From NCBI GenBank assembly GCA_043228905.1, contig JBHGNT010000001.1:37200001-37264000 (forward strand): DNA of 64,000 nucleotides, written 5' to 3'. Both the position numbers and the translations under genes were made by a program. Every line of letters begins with the position of its first letter. Position 1 is the stretch's first letter. This document shows, one piece after another, positions 1 to 13,200 of the stretch. The DNA is from Azolla caroliniana. Lineage: Eukaryota; Plantae; Polypodiophyta. Below the pieces are notes generated by a model, which worked only from the letters and a program-made list of their open reading frames with translations, was not told the origin of the DNA and did no database searches.

Positions 1-608
1 TTCCTGACATTTGCTCCATGATGCATCACTAGATTCCTCTGTAAATGAGGCCTTTTTGCAACGCCAATGTATCATGACATGTAAAAAATGTCGAGGCTCA
101 CGCTTCACACATTATACTACACATGATTGCACCTAACTACAAAACATATTCTTCATGGAATGGGGAAACTGTACACATCGATACATTTTAGAGCCCATCA
201 CATTGTTTGCCATTCGAACCATTGCTTCCATGCGACTTAGCTCACATGCATTGCGATGTGAGACTGGGCGTTGGGGCACAAATGATGAGATTGGTTGACT
301 ATGCACACTTTGCCCTAAACAAGTTCGAGAGTCTTGAGTATCACACTTTGATACAATACTCTGCCTTTGATCATATTCGACCATGCTTTCCAACATCTTC
401 GACCAAGCCCAATCCTTGTACAAATTTCTCTCACAAGCACAATGTGCACTCTCAATTGCAACATTCATGGTAAAGTTCTTGAACATCAAGAGTTGCTCTA
501 CGCACTTTCACACATATCACATGGAATGTAATATTTTTGGTCTCATAGGTCATATTTGACCTCTGAAGACAATAATAGAATGTATCTCTCTCTCTCTTAC
601 TCTCCACA

Positions 609-612
609 CGCG

Positions 613-666
<54 letters not shown>
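609..666. repeat. Compound (CG)n(CA)n microsatellite
   Basis: cgcgcgcgcgcg followed directly by (ca)n. Confidence 0.95.
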
Positions 667-667
<1 letters not shown>

Positions 668-728
668 CTTACGGCTATTGTGTTGTATGGGATTATATTA
701 TCTAATTCTTCTTGTTGCCACACACAAA

Positions 729-1140
729 TATAGAATATAAGGGTGTTGTCGTTGTCAGTTGTGAAGTTGTACGGCTGAAGGAAATGTTGATTAAGGACTT
801 CAATGTTTACATCAATGAACTAGTGTGGATGCATTGTGACAACGTTAACAATCGTGAATACAATATTTCAACTGTGAATATAGCAAATTGAGATGCATTT
901 CTACTACATCTGTGAGTGGATTGTGGTTGGAAAATTGAATGTCCGACATATGTACACTAATGACCATACTGATGTCTTTACCAAGGTGCTTGGAGTGGAC
1001 ATGTGTTGCAACAATTTTTTATGGCTCTGAATCTATGTTCACTTGAGCCATGAGCTTGAGCGGGAGTTCAAGAATAGGAATAGAATCTAAGCTCGTTGTT
1101 TGCTTGATGATACCATATAGTTGAGCTTGAAGGGATGAGC
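729..1140 (+). mobile_element. Degenerate Ty1/copia RNase H remnant with PPT-like end
   Basis: Translates to IEYKGVVVVSCEVVRLKEMLIKDFNVYINELVWMHCDN...IEMHFYYICE...DVFTKVLGVD, colinear with the copia RNase H at 42520-43099 (VEYRGATIVACEAVWLKRILKDLGVPIKDPTPLYCDN...IEVHYHFIRE...DIFTKALGAD). It is followed by gagcttgagcgggag and gagcttgaagggatg, which resemble that element's SLRGS end and PPT. Confidence 0.75.
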
Positions 1141-4100
1141 TAATATGTCAAACAACTACTTACCTTGTGTATGAATAAAATTCCTAGGAGCATGTTTTTG
1201 AGACACCACCCTTGTAGTAATAAATTTAGATACTCTATGATACATTGGATTTGTATTCTATTGTTAGTGCATACATACATGTAGAATGTAGTATCTAGTA
1301 AACTCTCCCCAATTATGAAGTGGTTGATTAATCGTTCTATTTTCATCCTCTATTTTGCTTAATATAATCTTGCCTTGTGTACACCTCTCTCTCTCACCCA
1401 CACACACACAATCCCTAGTTATCTATGTCGTGTAATAATTGATCCTTGGTAGAACTAAATCTCTAGTTTTACGTCTAGGTGCTATAAATTTGTATAGATA
1501 TGGTACAAATTATTAGGTTATTGGAGTTGTTTGGATACGTTTGTTGAAAATGAGGTGGGGACTATGTCCACTTTGGTGGGAAGGCCAGAGTGAGGGCTGG
1601 TGAGAAGAACTTTGGGTGTTCTATGATGTAATTTTGTTTGCTAACTAATGCAAAGTAGTGTTTTTTTGGAAAAAAAAAAATCTCTAGTTTTATACATGGC
1701 CTTATATATCATGGTGTATTATGAATTATAATAACACTTATAATTAATGGTTGTGCATTAGCTCACCTAGGAGTCCTAAAGGAGAATTCAGAAAGTTTAT
1801 AAAACGCATTAATTCAAATACAATGCGTCAAAAAGTATTGTTTTCAATTGCAATGGTTTTGGTTGTAATTAAGAAATCTATGGTATGTGAATAACCATGT
1901 GCTAGCATGAACCCAAAGAAACCACGTTGCGTACACAATCTATCTTGAAGAAGGAAGAATTTTCTTTTTAATCATTTGGATTTAAAACCATTCACTTTTA
2001 TAAAAACTTGAGAGGGAAAAGGCATGAAAAGGTAGTGATGGTGACACCAGAAAGTCTTTGATGCGCATGTGACTAGTGAGCTTGCTTGGAAAGGTGTTAT
2101 GAAGAATTTGACACCTTTCCACATCATAGCATTCACAAAATGGCAATTTGCAATGAAATTGTGATCGTTTAAGCTTTTCCCTTTGTTTATTTTCAAGAAG
2201 AAACACCGTGACAGATGTGACGAGCTGGTACTCTACTTTAACAATAAAGAAGACAACATTGTCTTCCGTTTACAAGTTGTAAAATGAATAGTTCATTTGC
2301 TTCCAACATAATCTTTTGGGTATCCAACTTATCTCAATTTATAATCACTTATAAAGCTTTGATCTAATTGTGTAAACAAACAAGTCAATGGAGCAAGTAT
2401 ATGGGATGTAAAGTTGAGATGGAGGTGCAAAAACTTAATGTGTGTGAAACAATATGTCTAGGACTTATTTTGAAGGCCTTGACAAGGGCGAAACAATGTA
2501 TTGGAATTTGGAAGTAAGTATAGCTTCAAGGGGGTGCCTTTCGTCTTGGAAGTAAACCAAGAAAAAGTAGAATGCTGCAATATATCAACTTGCACCTTCT
2601 TCTTATAGTTAGTGGATAAGAGTATGTGGTCATTTGCTCTAGGACCAATGTTTTTAGCTATAAATCCAAAAGGAATCTAATTTCAAAACTTTGAGGTTTC
2701 GAGCAAATAGATTGGAAGAGCCAAAAAGTATATAAAGCTATAATGAACACAAACATCCAAAAACCTTTGCACATGGTCACCACGAACGTCTAGTTCGAAA
2801 GAATGGAGCATCCACTCCAAAGTAAATATAGACTTAGAACACTATTTCGTTGGGTTTCTCGTCTCTTAGCTTATTTTAGAGGTGTAGGTTCAGTTTTGGA
2901 ACATTTTCTAGTAAAACTTGCCAGTTTGACCAAGAATGTTATCAAAAAGGTTAAATTGTTGTTTAAGTTCTTTCCTCTAAATGCGTGTACTTGTAAAAGG
3001 TGCTAGATAATATAAGGTGATGATTGCGACAAGTTTTGAGAAAAACAAAACAATCTTACCTTTTTTATGGTGTTCATTTAAAGGCATGAAAGCACCTTAA
3101 AAAACGCTTTGGGAGTTGGATGCCAAGTGTCGTGGATGAAGTTAAGGATATGCTGCAAGAAAAGGTAGTGAGAACCAACAAAGTTAAACTTTTATTTTAA
3201 TTGATGTTAGTGACAATCGTGGTCTATGATCCCGATTTTAGATGTGTAAATGCAGTTTCTAAGGTAGTTGCGTGAGGGCTTTTGCTATTCGACATGTTGG
3301 TTGATGTGGGTATGGTGGTTGTATTTTCATGTATGAGTTCTTTGCAGCCATTGGGCATCTTTCCATTAATACCAAGGTGAATCTTCATAAAAGAAAAAGA
3401 AGAAAAAAGAATCGTGCCCTATGATGTTATGCTAGTATTAGTCTCACTATTACAACTTCAATTGCTTGGACATGTGTTAAGCTCGCAAAACACTTTAAAT
3501 TATGTGGGCCACCCATTTGCTTAAAACTAGTGTAGGGGTACATGTTGGACTTTAAATTCCAAGAAATCCTAGAAGATTGTAACCTCTTTTTGATTCATAA
3601 TAGATGACCAGATCACACGCTCTTGTTTCTAACAATACAATTCACACATTCCACATGCGTTCCTTGTTCACATTTATCCATTGATGTCATGGCTGACCTT
3701 TCACAATAAAAAGAACCAAAACGACCCTACCCATAATTAGTATATAGTTATTGGTCCTCAATGCTCACATTCTGTGTGCGCCACCATAGAAATTCATCAC
3801 ATAGCCTCTCTATGAAGCTCTCTCAACGGCGCCAATGTTTGCAGGTGGAGATTACATGCACAAACAAGAACGCATCAAGGTGAAGGATGTCATAGTCGTA
3901 AGCAAGAAGGGTCAAGAGTTAAGTATGTTGATATGGCTGGGGAGGCAAACTTCTTTTGTCTTTCTTTGGTGGGTGACTTGGGAGGTGGGGGTTTAAGTGG
4001 TAACAAAAAGGTGGACTTAAATACATGTGATGGTATGGTATGGTGGGGGGTGGTGGATGGGATGGCAAATTGTTTGTGCCGACCAAAACACACAAAAGAC

Positions 4101-4953
4101 GGAGAAGGCTTTCTACATTTGGACTCCCATGATTCTCTTTCTTTGTTTATCTTCTCGTTCCTCCTTGATTCTCGGCAAAAAGCGTAAAAAGGTCACCCCC
4201 ACTCTCTAAATAATCAAAATAAGTTACCTTTTTGCCTCAGCTTTTAAAAATAGCACCTTTTTGTGATCCCCTTTCTTTCGCCTTTATATTTCAAAGCTGT
4301 TTTTATTTATTTATTGTGTGTGTGTGTGTGTGGTGGACCGTGGTGGTGGGGGGGGTTCATGTGCCCTAGAAAGTGCTCGATTGTCGACCTCTTTCTCTTG
4401 GGAACTCGTGTATTGTCCTCGTTTGCAAAACCATTGGGAGCCAACGAAAGTGTATGTGTTAACTTATAGCCTCAACACCGAATGCCCATTCACACTCTTG
4501 TCCGTAATCCCAAATTGGCACCTCATTAATCAAACATGCCTGCATGACCCTTTTTTAAACAATACTCTCTCTCGATGCCTCATTTCTTCTTTTTTTCCAT
4601 CTCAAATTCCAACGAGTACGTATTCAATAAAAAGTTTGATTGTTTTGGCATTCACTTCCATTTTCGCATCCCTAAATAGGTCACACAATCGAGAAACTCG
4701 AAAGGCGAGACACAGATTGAGGCCAAGATTTAGAATGTGATCTAGACATTTCCCTATCGACCGAAAACCTTGTTATGTCTAACCGTATCAAGGCACACAA
4801 AGAAACTTATTTGTGGGGATGTCGATCGTGGAGTAAATAAAAAATATCCCCTCAACATACTTTTTAGACACATGTATCAAATGTTTGTTTTACGTGGAGA
4901 TACTTCTTCTTCCGTTAGCTTGCATTATGAGGAAGATGATGTTGTATCCATAT

Positions 4954-5158
4954 TGCACATACACACACACACACGTGAACCTATTCCTAACATGTGCCCA
5001 AAAATATATAGTCCATACAACGTGTTGAACACCACAAGTGTGGATGAAGATAAATAGTGCACATACACACATGTGAACCTATACCTAACATGTGCCCAAA
5101 CATATCTAGTGCATACAACGTGTTGAACACCACAAGTGTGGATGAAGATAAATAGTGC
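4954..5158. repeat. ~100-bp tandem duplication upstream of the F-box gene
   Basis: Two copies of gtgaacctat(t/a)cctaacatgtgcccaaa...catacaacgtgttgaacaccacaagtgtggatgaagataaatagtgc. Confidence 0.9.
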
Positions 5159-5649
5159 GCCAATGAAGAGTTCTCTATAAAGAGAAGTTCGCTCTTGTGG
5201 CTTGCATCTTGTTTCTCACATTGTACTTGGGGTGTGTTGTGCTGAGTTGACAAAGGGTGGGTTCGATTGATATGATATGATATGATATGATATGATATGC
5301 CATCATCAGACAACTCTTTCTCTGCACCAAGGACGGACGGGTCGATGCATGCTATTACATATTTGAACCCGACGGCCATCATCCATCATCCAAGAGACCG
5401 AACGAGTGAGAGAGAGAGCGTATGAAACCAAGCAACCGTTGGATCTCCTTCTCTTCTCTTCCCTTTCTTTGTTTTACTTTTTCTTTAAGGCTTTGGGTGG
5501 GGTGGGGAACACAACACAACACAAGGAGAGGAGAGAAGAGAAGAGAAGAGAAGAGAACACAAAAGAAAGAGTATATATTCCTTCCTGTATGTAATTTGTG
5601 TATATGAATGACTGAAATGAATGAATGAATGGTCACAGAAGAAGGGCGA

Positions 5650-5651
<2 letters not shown>

Positions 5652-5685
<34 letters not shown>
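5652..5685. repeat. (GA)n microsatellite immediately before the F-box ATG
   Basis: Run of gagaga... ending 3 nt before ATG 5689. Confidence 0.95.
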
Positions 5686-5688
<3 letters not shown>

Positions 5689-5689
<1 letters not shown>

Positions 5690-7176
5690 TGAGGAGGAGG
5701 AGGACAGACACAGAAACAGAAGCAGAAGCAGAGAAAAGGGCAATGAAAACTGATGATGATTCTCCCTGGAGAAGGAGGACCTCTCCTCCCTCGTTGCTCC
5801 CTGGTCTACCTGACGACATAGCTACTCTGTGCCTTGCCAGAGTCCATTCTCTTTCCCTCCTCTGGAAAGTCTCCCCTTCATGGCAATCCCTCATCTCTAC
5901 CTCCACCTTCTTCCATTCCCTCAGATCCTCTCTTGGCTTCAAACCCCACAATTGGTTCTATGCCCTCCTCCATAACAACAACACCACCACCACCAATAAC
6001 AACAACAAGGGGGGAGCTTCTAACTACCCATCATCATCATCATCATCATCATCATCTCCCCATCATCATCATCATCCTGCCTTCTCCTGGCATGCCTTTG
6101 ATCCCCTCTCCCACACATGGTTCCCCCTCCCTCCCCTCCCCGGCCAAGTCGATTTCCAACTCACTAGCCCCAATTTCATCGGCCTCTTCCATGCCGTTCA
6201 ATGTGTGAGCTCATCCACCAAGCTATTCATGGTCGCCGGCTCGGCCCAAGTTGGGCGCCGCAAGATTGTCCCTGTTCCTGACTTTACCCTTCCAGATCGT
6301 GTCCCCGATGACAAGGATCCCCTTGATCCACCACCACCACGGGACTCCAATCCCAGCAGTAGTAGTAGCCCTCGGAGGTCTCTCGAACCAGCCCTCGATT
6401 GCCCCTTGATCTTTGACACGTGCAAATGGAATTGGAGCCTTGGTCCGCCTTTCCGAGTCCCACGGCGATGGTGTGCGTGCGGGATCATGTCAGATAAGCA
6501 TCTCATCGTTGCAAGCGGATGCGGCAAGGATTGGGACCTCGCGTTGTCGAAATCGGCCGAGATGTATGACCCCGACGTCGAGCAATGGGTGGCCTTGGAA
6601 AGGCTCAAATCCTCCAAGTTTAGCGGCCAGGCCATCAACGCCGTGAATTTCAAAGGGAAGCTACACATGGTATGCGGTAAAGGAGTGGGTGTCATGTATG
6701 ACCCAAAGACATGTAAATGGATGGACATGCCCAAGGGCATGAGGAATGGGTGGAATGGCCCCAGTGTAGTGGTGGATGAGAAATTGTTTGTTCTAGAAGA
6801 GACTATCGGGAGGCTCAAGTGTTACGACGAGAATGGAGATTGCTGGACGAATGTCATGGAAGATGAGATGTTGATGGGCATGAATCAACTCACCGGTGCT
6901 GCCCCGGGGAATTTCTGTGGCATCCTCCGGGCACCGCCGGCTAATTACGAGGTATTCACAGCCCAACAAGAGAAGAAGCATTCCCCCGACACCGACACAT
7001 CTCGACAAGTGCACCACCGCGATGTGATCCGCATTGTTGACATCCAGAGCAAACCTCCATCCATCAAGGACATTCAGGTTCCCTTTGGTGAGATCGTTGC
7101 CTTGCAAGTCCTCTCGAGGACATTCTTCGACACGAGGACGAGGACGACGATGACGCATGATCAAGGTGCAGTCTAA
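5689..7176 (+). CDS. KUF1: F-box/kelch-repeat protein, SKIP25/KUF1 (KARRIKIN UPREGULATED F-BOX1)-like, intronless, 495 aa
   Basis: F-box LLPGLPDDIATLCLARV. Family-type blocks FDPLSHTWFPLPP, QCVSSSTKLFMVAGS, PLIFD...W..GP....PRRWCACG, KFSGQAINAV.FKGKLHMV, W.DMP.GM..GW.GP and a C-terminal ALQVLSR match KUF1/SKIP25 as I recall it. Start could alternatively be the Met at 5743. Orthology not tested. Confidence 0.88.
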
Positions 7177-7231
7177 CAAAAAACCCTTAGGGGAGGGAAT
7201 GTTTTCAAGATCAAGATAGGCAAGACATATA

Positions 7232-7236
<5 letters not shown>

Positions 7237-7292
<56 letters not shown>
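7237..7292. repeat. (AC)n microsatellite in the 3' region of the F-box gene
   Basis: Perfect (ac)n run. Confidence 0.95.
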
Positions 7293-7295
<3 letters not shown>

Positions 7296-10200
7296 AAGGG
7301 TGCATGAGTGTGTTATTGGAGAGCAACATATGCCCATACGATTGATCCAGTCTATGAGCCAGAAAACATGATATGATCTGGCTCACCAGACCATAGGGTT
7401 TTGTTATTACGACCCCAACAAATTACAAGATGGGGAGGGAAAAGGCTTCCATCTGATTCCTTGGTTTTGTTATTACTCCCCCAACCAACAAGATGGGGGA
7501 AGGCTTCTATCTCATTCTTTGGTTTTGTTATGACTACACCCCTGTTTATTTCTTAGTCATATAAGTTTGAAGCATTGTAAAAACCTTACCCTTTGGCCAG
7601 GAGTGAGTTGTATATGTTATCTTATAACATTTTGGGTTTCCTTACTTTGTAATCAGATACATAAAATAAAATTTTGTTGTTTGGAAATCTTTGTTCTGAA
7701 TGAGTGACAAAATGTTTAGGGTCTTTTAGGGCAAAATTCTCACCATCTACCATCACCACAATATTCCGTTCCTGTGTATCAATCATGGCTTACTCTCTAC
7801 TTTTTAAGATCATGTACTGTCGTCCCGTTCTCATGTCGTTCATCCTTGGCACTCATAGAGCTAACATAAGTGACTATCTCTCATAAGCATCCTTGGCATG
7901 GTTGCATTTCCTTGGAACCATTATGAAAAGGAACACTGAAAATCTTTCCATCTTGAAGAAAATGCGTGCTTTTCTAGTATTCCACAAAGTAAATGACGTC
8001 TTTGCAATTGATCTGGGCCTTTGGAGAGAAGGATATTACTAACCTTAGGCATTCAATTATAGGGTCTCACCTCCTATGAGCCACACCTTAACCATTGTAA
8101 AGAGGAAGATCATCGTTCGTTCTCTTAAAGTTGGAAGACTCTGAGTTCTTGGTTACATTGCGTTTTTTCTAATCATAAACAGCCAGATAATGCTCATATC
8201 TTGATTCCCACCGTAATTTCGAAAATCTTGGGAACCTCGAAGTCTTATTGAAGAGTTTGTCTAATGTGTGAACTGAAGACGTTATACATTCTAATAGTGT
8301 CAAAAAACGATGGGAGTTTCGGCGAAGATTGTGGTTTCCATTGCATGAATACCAACAATTGTTCTAACATCTAAGCATGCTTACTTTATGACACTATATC
8401 GCAAGCTAAGCATATGCTTAAGAAAGGAAAATGCATCATTGGGTAAACACCATGTCTTCAATGCATGCTTTGTACTCCATCCTCTTGCAAGTAACATAAT
8501 AAATGTATTCTTGTTTGCTTTTGTTCCACCAATTTGCGAACTTCATGTCTTCAATTTCAATGTAGCCAAAATTGAGCTCTATCTTGTTATGACTCCGGTT
8601 CAAAAAGTAGAGGTACAATAAGTATGTTGTTCGAAATATACAATAGATGTGTTGCTTCAAATAAGGAAGGGTCAATTGTACTATTGTGCATTGAATCCCC
8701 CACCTAGCGATAAAGGCCATTATTCCTTCCATGGTACTATAACCTTCACTCAACTAACTTCTTTACAAAACTTAGGATGCAACTTTTTACAAGCTATTAA
8801 ATTCATCAATCTCCCTTATGATATAAAAGCTAATAGTCGTTTGGCAGCCTTTTAAAGACCTCATCTTCTACCCGAGTAGAAAACTCAGAAGATGTCCAAT
8901 TTATCGTTGTGTGAGTGAGTAGTGATGCATTTCGTAGCTTAACCTAGGTAAGGGTGTTTTCGTGCCATGGCTAATTCCAAGTGTTCTCATGTTTTGTTGC
9001 AATATGGATCATTATCACGTGATTGTTTGAACGGTATATGTTACAATGAATATGTGGAGTATTATTACTACAGATATTAGAGAAATAAAGCTCATTGAGT
9101 CATTAAATTCCTTGATCACGTGAATGTGCACGTAGTGAAGCATTACATCTTATACAATAGGAAAACAAGTTTCTTCATGTAGCAAATCACTAATTTATAT
9201 GGTTCATGTGTCGAGATATGCAAAGTTCTCAGCCAAAAGTTGTGAGCATATATGTTAAAGGCAACTTTTGTCTTATAAAATTGTATACCATTCATTACAA
9301 ACTTGAAAATGTGATAAATTTCTCGTATATTCTCTTCCAAGCTTTTATCTAGGTTTGTCTTCTTCAAATTTGTGCCTTTTATGTCAAAATTGCATGCATA
9401 ATTTTGTACTTTGAGAAATTAATCTTAATCTAACTTGTATCAAATGAACTTTACTTTATCATTGCATGTATATTCGACAAACATAATAATGTATATGCCC
9501 ATTGAAGGAACACAAATCAACTCCATAATAAAAACCTGAGCTCAACATATAACCACCATAAATGGAATTGTATAGATTGTATATGAAACATCCCCACACA
9601 TTTGTTTTAGTTGTGCATTATATTACTGGTGGGAAACCTTAAAAGTGTGGTAAAGAACAAAAGTTTATAACATGTCAAGTTAGAAATATTTAAAGAACAA
9701 AGCATAAATGTGCTCTTCAACATCACGGGAGACACAACAAAACATAAAAAGGACTGTCATGAGAGACGGAGTCAGGCCTTTTAGCATTCTATTTTGATGA
9801 GGACATGAGGTGGATGTCTTTTGAAAGCTCATTTTCACATTGTTGGTTTCAAGAGGTCAACATTGCTCTTAAGTTAGTGTTTTGAATACTTGGCATATTT
9901 TTAAAAGTGAACACCTTGGATCACATAATATGTTATAAAGTGGGCATTTCCAAAGTAGTGTCAAATACTTGCAAGATATACAAGCAATGATTCTTACAAA
10001 TGTTGAGCATGTGAATAAAGGAAGTTATATATGTGTGTGTGTGTGTGTGTGATGATAAAAAGGTTGAATGAACTCTTTGCTCATTATATAAAAAGCAAAT
10101 ACATAACCCAAAAGGAAAAAAAGGTGCCCTTATATATATTGAGGGTAGAATATGCCATGCAAATGTCCAAGTTTAATAAATATTTGATATTGTTCAAGCA

Positions 10201-13200
10201 ACATTGCTTTGTGGACAAGCGACACGAGTCTAGTCCCTTCTATTTATTACTAACCTCGGATAAAACATGCCTTTACACTAGTTCATGACTATTTAACGGG
10301 TAGGGTACAATTAACGCAATTTGCAAGTTTTGTTATGATGACAAAACAAACCAACAATTTGTATGCTTTCAGATGATCGTTTATGGTAATGTATCAAAAA
10401 CATCAAAGAATCGGAAAAGGGACCATCCCCTACGAAACCCTCCTTTTGGGGAGCTTAGCATTTTTTCAAACAAAGCCATTTTAAATCAACCCTTTCTCAT
10501 TACTTAATGATTTGTTTCTATTGGAGATCAATCTATTCTAGTGCACACGTATATCTAGAAGTTGTTTGTACTATGAATCACTTCATTTCTTGGGTTAATG
10601 ACGAAGCATATTATAGCAACCAAGAGATAAAAACTTGGTTAAGTATGCATTGTAGACCATAGAAGTACATTGTGAATTATTGATGTACACTATATACATT
10701 TGATCAGGGCACTTCAAAAAGATGTCGTTCAATGTCCTATGAAGAAACACCAAATTCCATTTGTGTAATGGTTGTGTTCTCTACTTTATCCATTAAGATT
10801 TTCAAATGCGGTGGATAAAACTTGATCATGTGTATTAATCTAGCTCTTTTTACCCCAACTTTAAACCTAATTACTTTAAGAGAACAACTCCACAAATACT
10901 CATCGATGTTTTCTTCATCTCCATGAATGACTATTGTTAATCCTCAAAATTGATATAATGGAAGCAATTGACAATACAATTTCCCACATCACACATTTGG
11001 TTGGAAAAACATATAATATAGTTGATTGATAGGTTGGTAAGTGAGAACCCAAGGGAATTAAAGAAAAAAAGGGGATTTGTGGTATATCTTGTATGTATAG
11101 CCTTAAAACGTTTTATAATACTAAAGTAGTATCTTTTTTTCTACACAAAAATAAAAAATCAAGTGCATTTTGGAAAATTAAAGAAAAACTTCCATGTATT
11201 TCAAGCCTATTTAAATTTTGACTATGCTAGATGTTGTCATCTTTGAGTGGATTTATCCCGACACTTTATTGAACATTTGCCCAATATACTGATAATATGG
11301 ACTAGTACCAAGGATTTTTGGATCAACATACTTGTTTCAATAAATCACGCTTTGTTGATGTGATCATTATCATAAGCAATTGCAAGCAAAATCAAATGAG
11401 CAACTCATCATTGCACCTAACACGAAGAGGAATTTCTTGGATGTAAGGAGCATTTTTTTTGTTAGTGTGTCAAATTCAAACTTTTTAATCTTTAATTGTG
11501 GAGCGTTGAAAAGATTTAGCAAAAAGTATCTGTAAAGGCAACTTTTGCTTGTAGTGCATTTCTTGTATTCCTTAACATGGATATATGACAATTGACCTAA
11601 AAAATTCCGTATATCATTACGTGGAAAACATGTGAAAATTCATCTGAAATTTATTCCTTTCAAGGTTGTTGCCTTTGTTTTGTTTCCTTCACTTGGGGTT
11701 CTAATTGAATGATTAACTAAAGAATAATGCAATTTGAATTTCATGTTTGGGGTTGTTGAAAGAAGCCAAAATTGACATGCATATTTTCCACAAGGCTAAC
11801 AAAAAAAGTGGGCTAATTTGTAGTTATTAAGTTCCACTAGAAAAGTAGCTTAATTTGGAAGTACATTTCACAAATTTTCCCTTGATAAAATTGAAGTAAC
11901 ATTTCCGTTGAATTTTGGTATCAAGAGAGACTTCTAAGGTCCACCCCAATTTTTAAATGGAGGGCTGGGGTTGGTAAGCTTTTTCGAGTGGCTGAGATAA
12001 AGATGTTCTACTAGCTCCGATTTCAGAATTTCAATTATTATATGAATTTCATTAACTTTATGCTAAATCCTATCATGATAATGAATATAACTTGTAAGAA
12101 AATAGTCCTTATAAATTTATAGCATTGAAAAATCGACAAGAATTATGCTTATAAAATAGTTGTCTGCGCATTATCCAAGTTTCGAGTTACAAAATCTGCG
12201 GCAAACATTTGCATCTAGATGTACGAGGCTTCATATATGTTCTACATTTTGACACTTGAGATCCAAATAACATTCTCCCGATGCAATTTCTGTAGATGTT
12301 GTGCACATACTTTTCCCTTGCAATGTCCAACTTTCAGACCACCATACCATAATGTATGTTTGGCACTCTAAAGGCAACAAGATTGTTAAGTTTATCAGAC
12401 CTTAGAATTTGCCTCCAATACGATGGTTGTAAACTGCTTGTGCATTGCATTGGCCATCTCAAATCAGCCTAAGAGGCTTTGTACCATGCATCATGTTGTT
12501 AATTAAGCTTTCCTTCGGGCAATGCCAATTGCGGAGAGCTTTAGATTGATTGCCATGATGGGCCCTTTTTCTTGGTCCAAGTGTAATGCCTCCTCAGATT
12601 CATACAACAGGCGAAGGAAGATATGGTGTTTCATTGTAGCATTTATCTTATTTACAATGCACATGTTAGACGCAACCATAGCGGCAGACAATCCTTCTTG
12701 CGTTCCTTGCATGCTTGTGTCATAAAGAAGCTCCTATTATTGGAAGTCCTCCAAGTCAAGCTCCACCTTTCTCTGAGCTTTGGTGCATAGGTATAGTGGC
12801 GCGCGTGCCTAATTCTTCTCCATTGTACCCAAAGTGCTTCATTGTAATCCTAAACTGCGGTTTGTAGCTCTAATTTTAAAGTCTCACGAGCCCTTCAATG
12901 GCCTTGACATTGATATTGACTCAACCATCATGGCAGACACCCTTATTGCATTCTTTGCATGGTAGTGTAATCCATGGCAAACATTATTTTCTGTGATCGA
13001 TTTGCATTTTCCTCGGGTCTTGATGGAGGAGATTAGGGGTGCCATCCAACCCCCACAACATGACTCCCTTTTTTAGAACGTGAGTTTTTTGTACTTCATT
13101 GGAACATTGTAATATGAGGCTCAAAGTCTAGGGCTAATATCAATTACTTTGGATTCAATTTAAAGGTATTTGTTGTTTTATTCAGGAATGTAGATTCCAC

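Noticed and set aside
6198-7386. Antisense ORFs of 206 and 197 aa over the F-box gene
   Set aside because: Shadow frames of a GC-rich CDS and an (AC)n microsatellite.
12400-13080. Possible degraded LINE fragment
   Set aside because: Coding-like composition but no motif I can identify with confidence.
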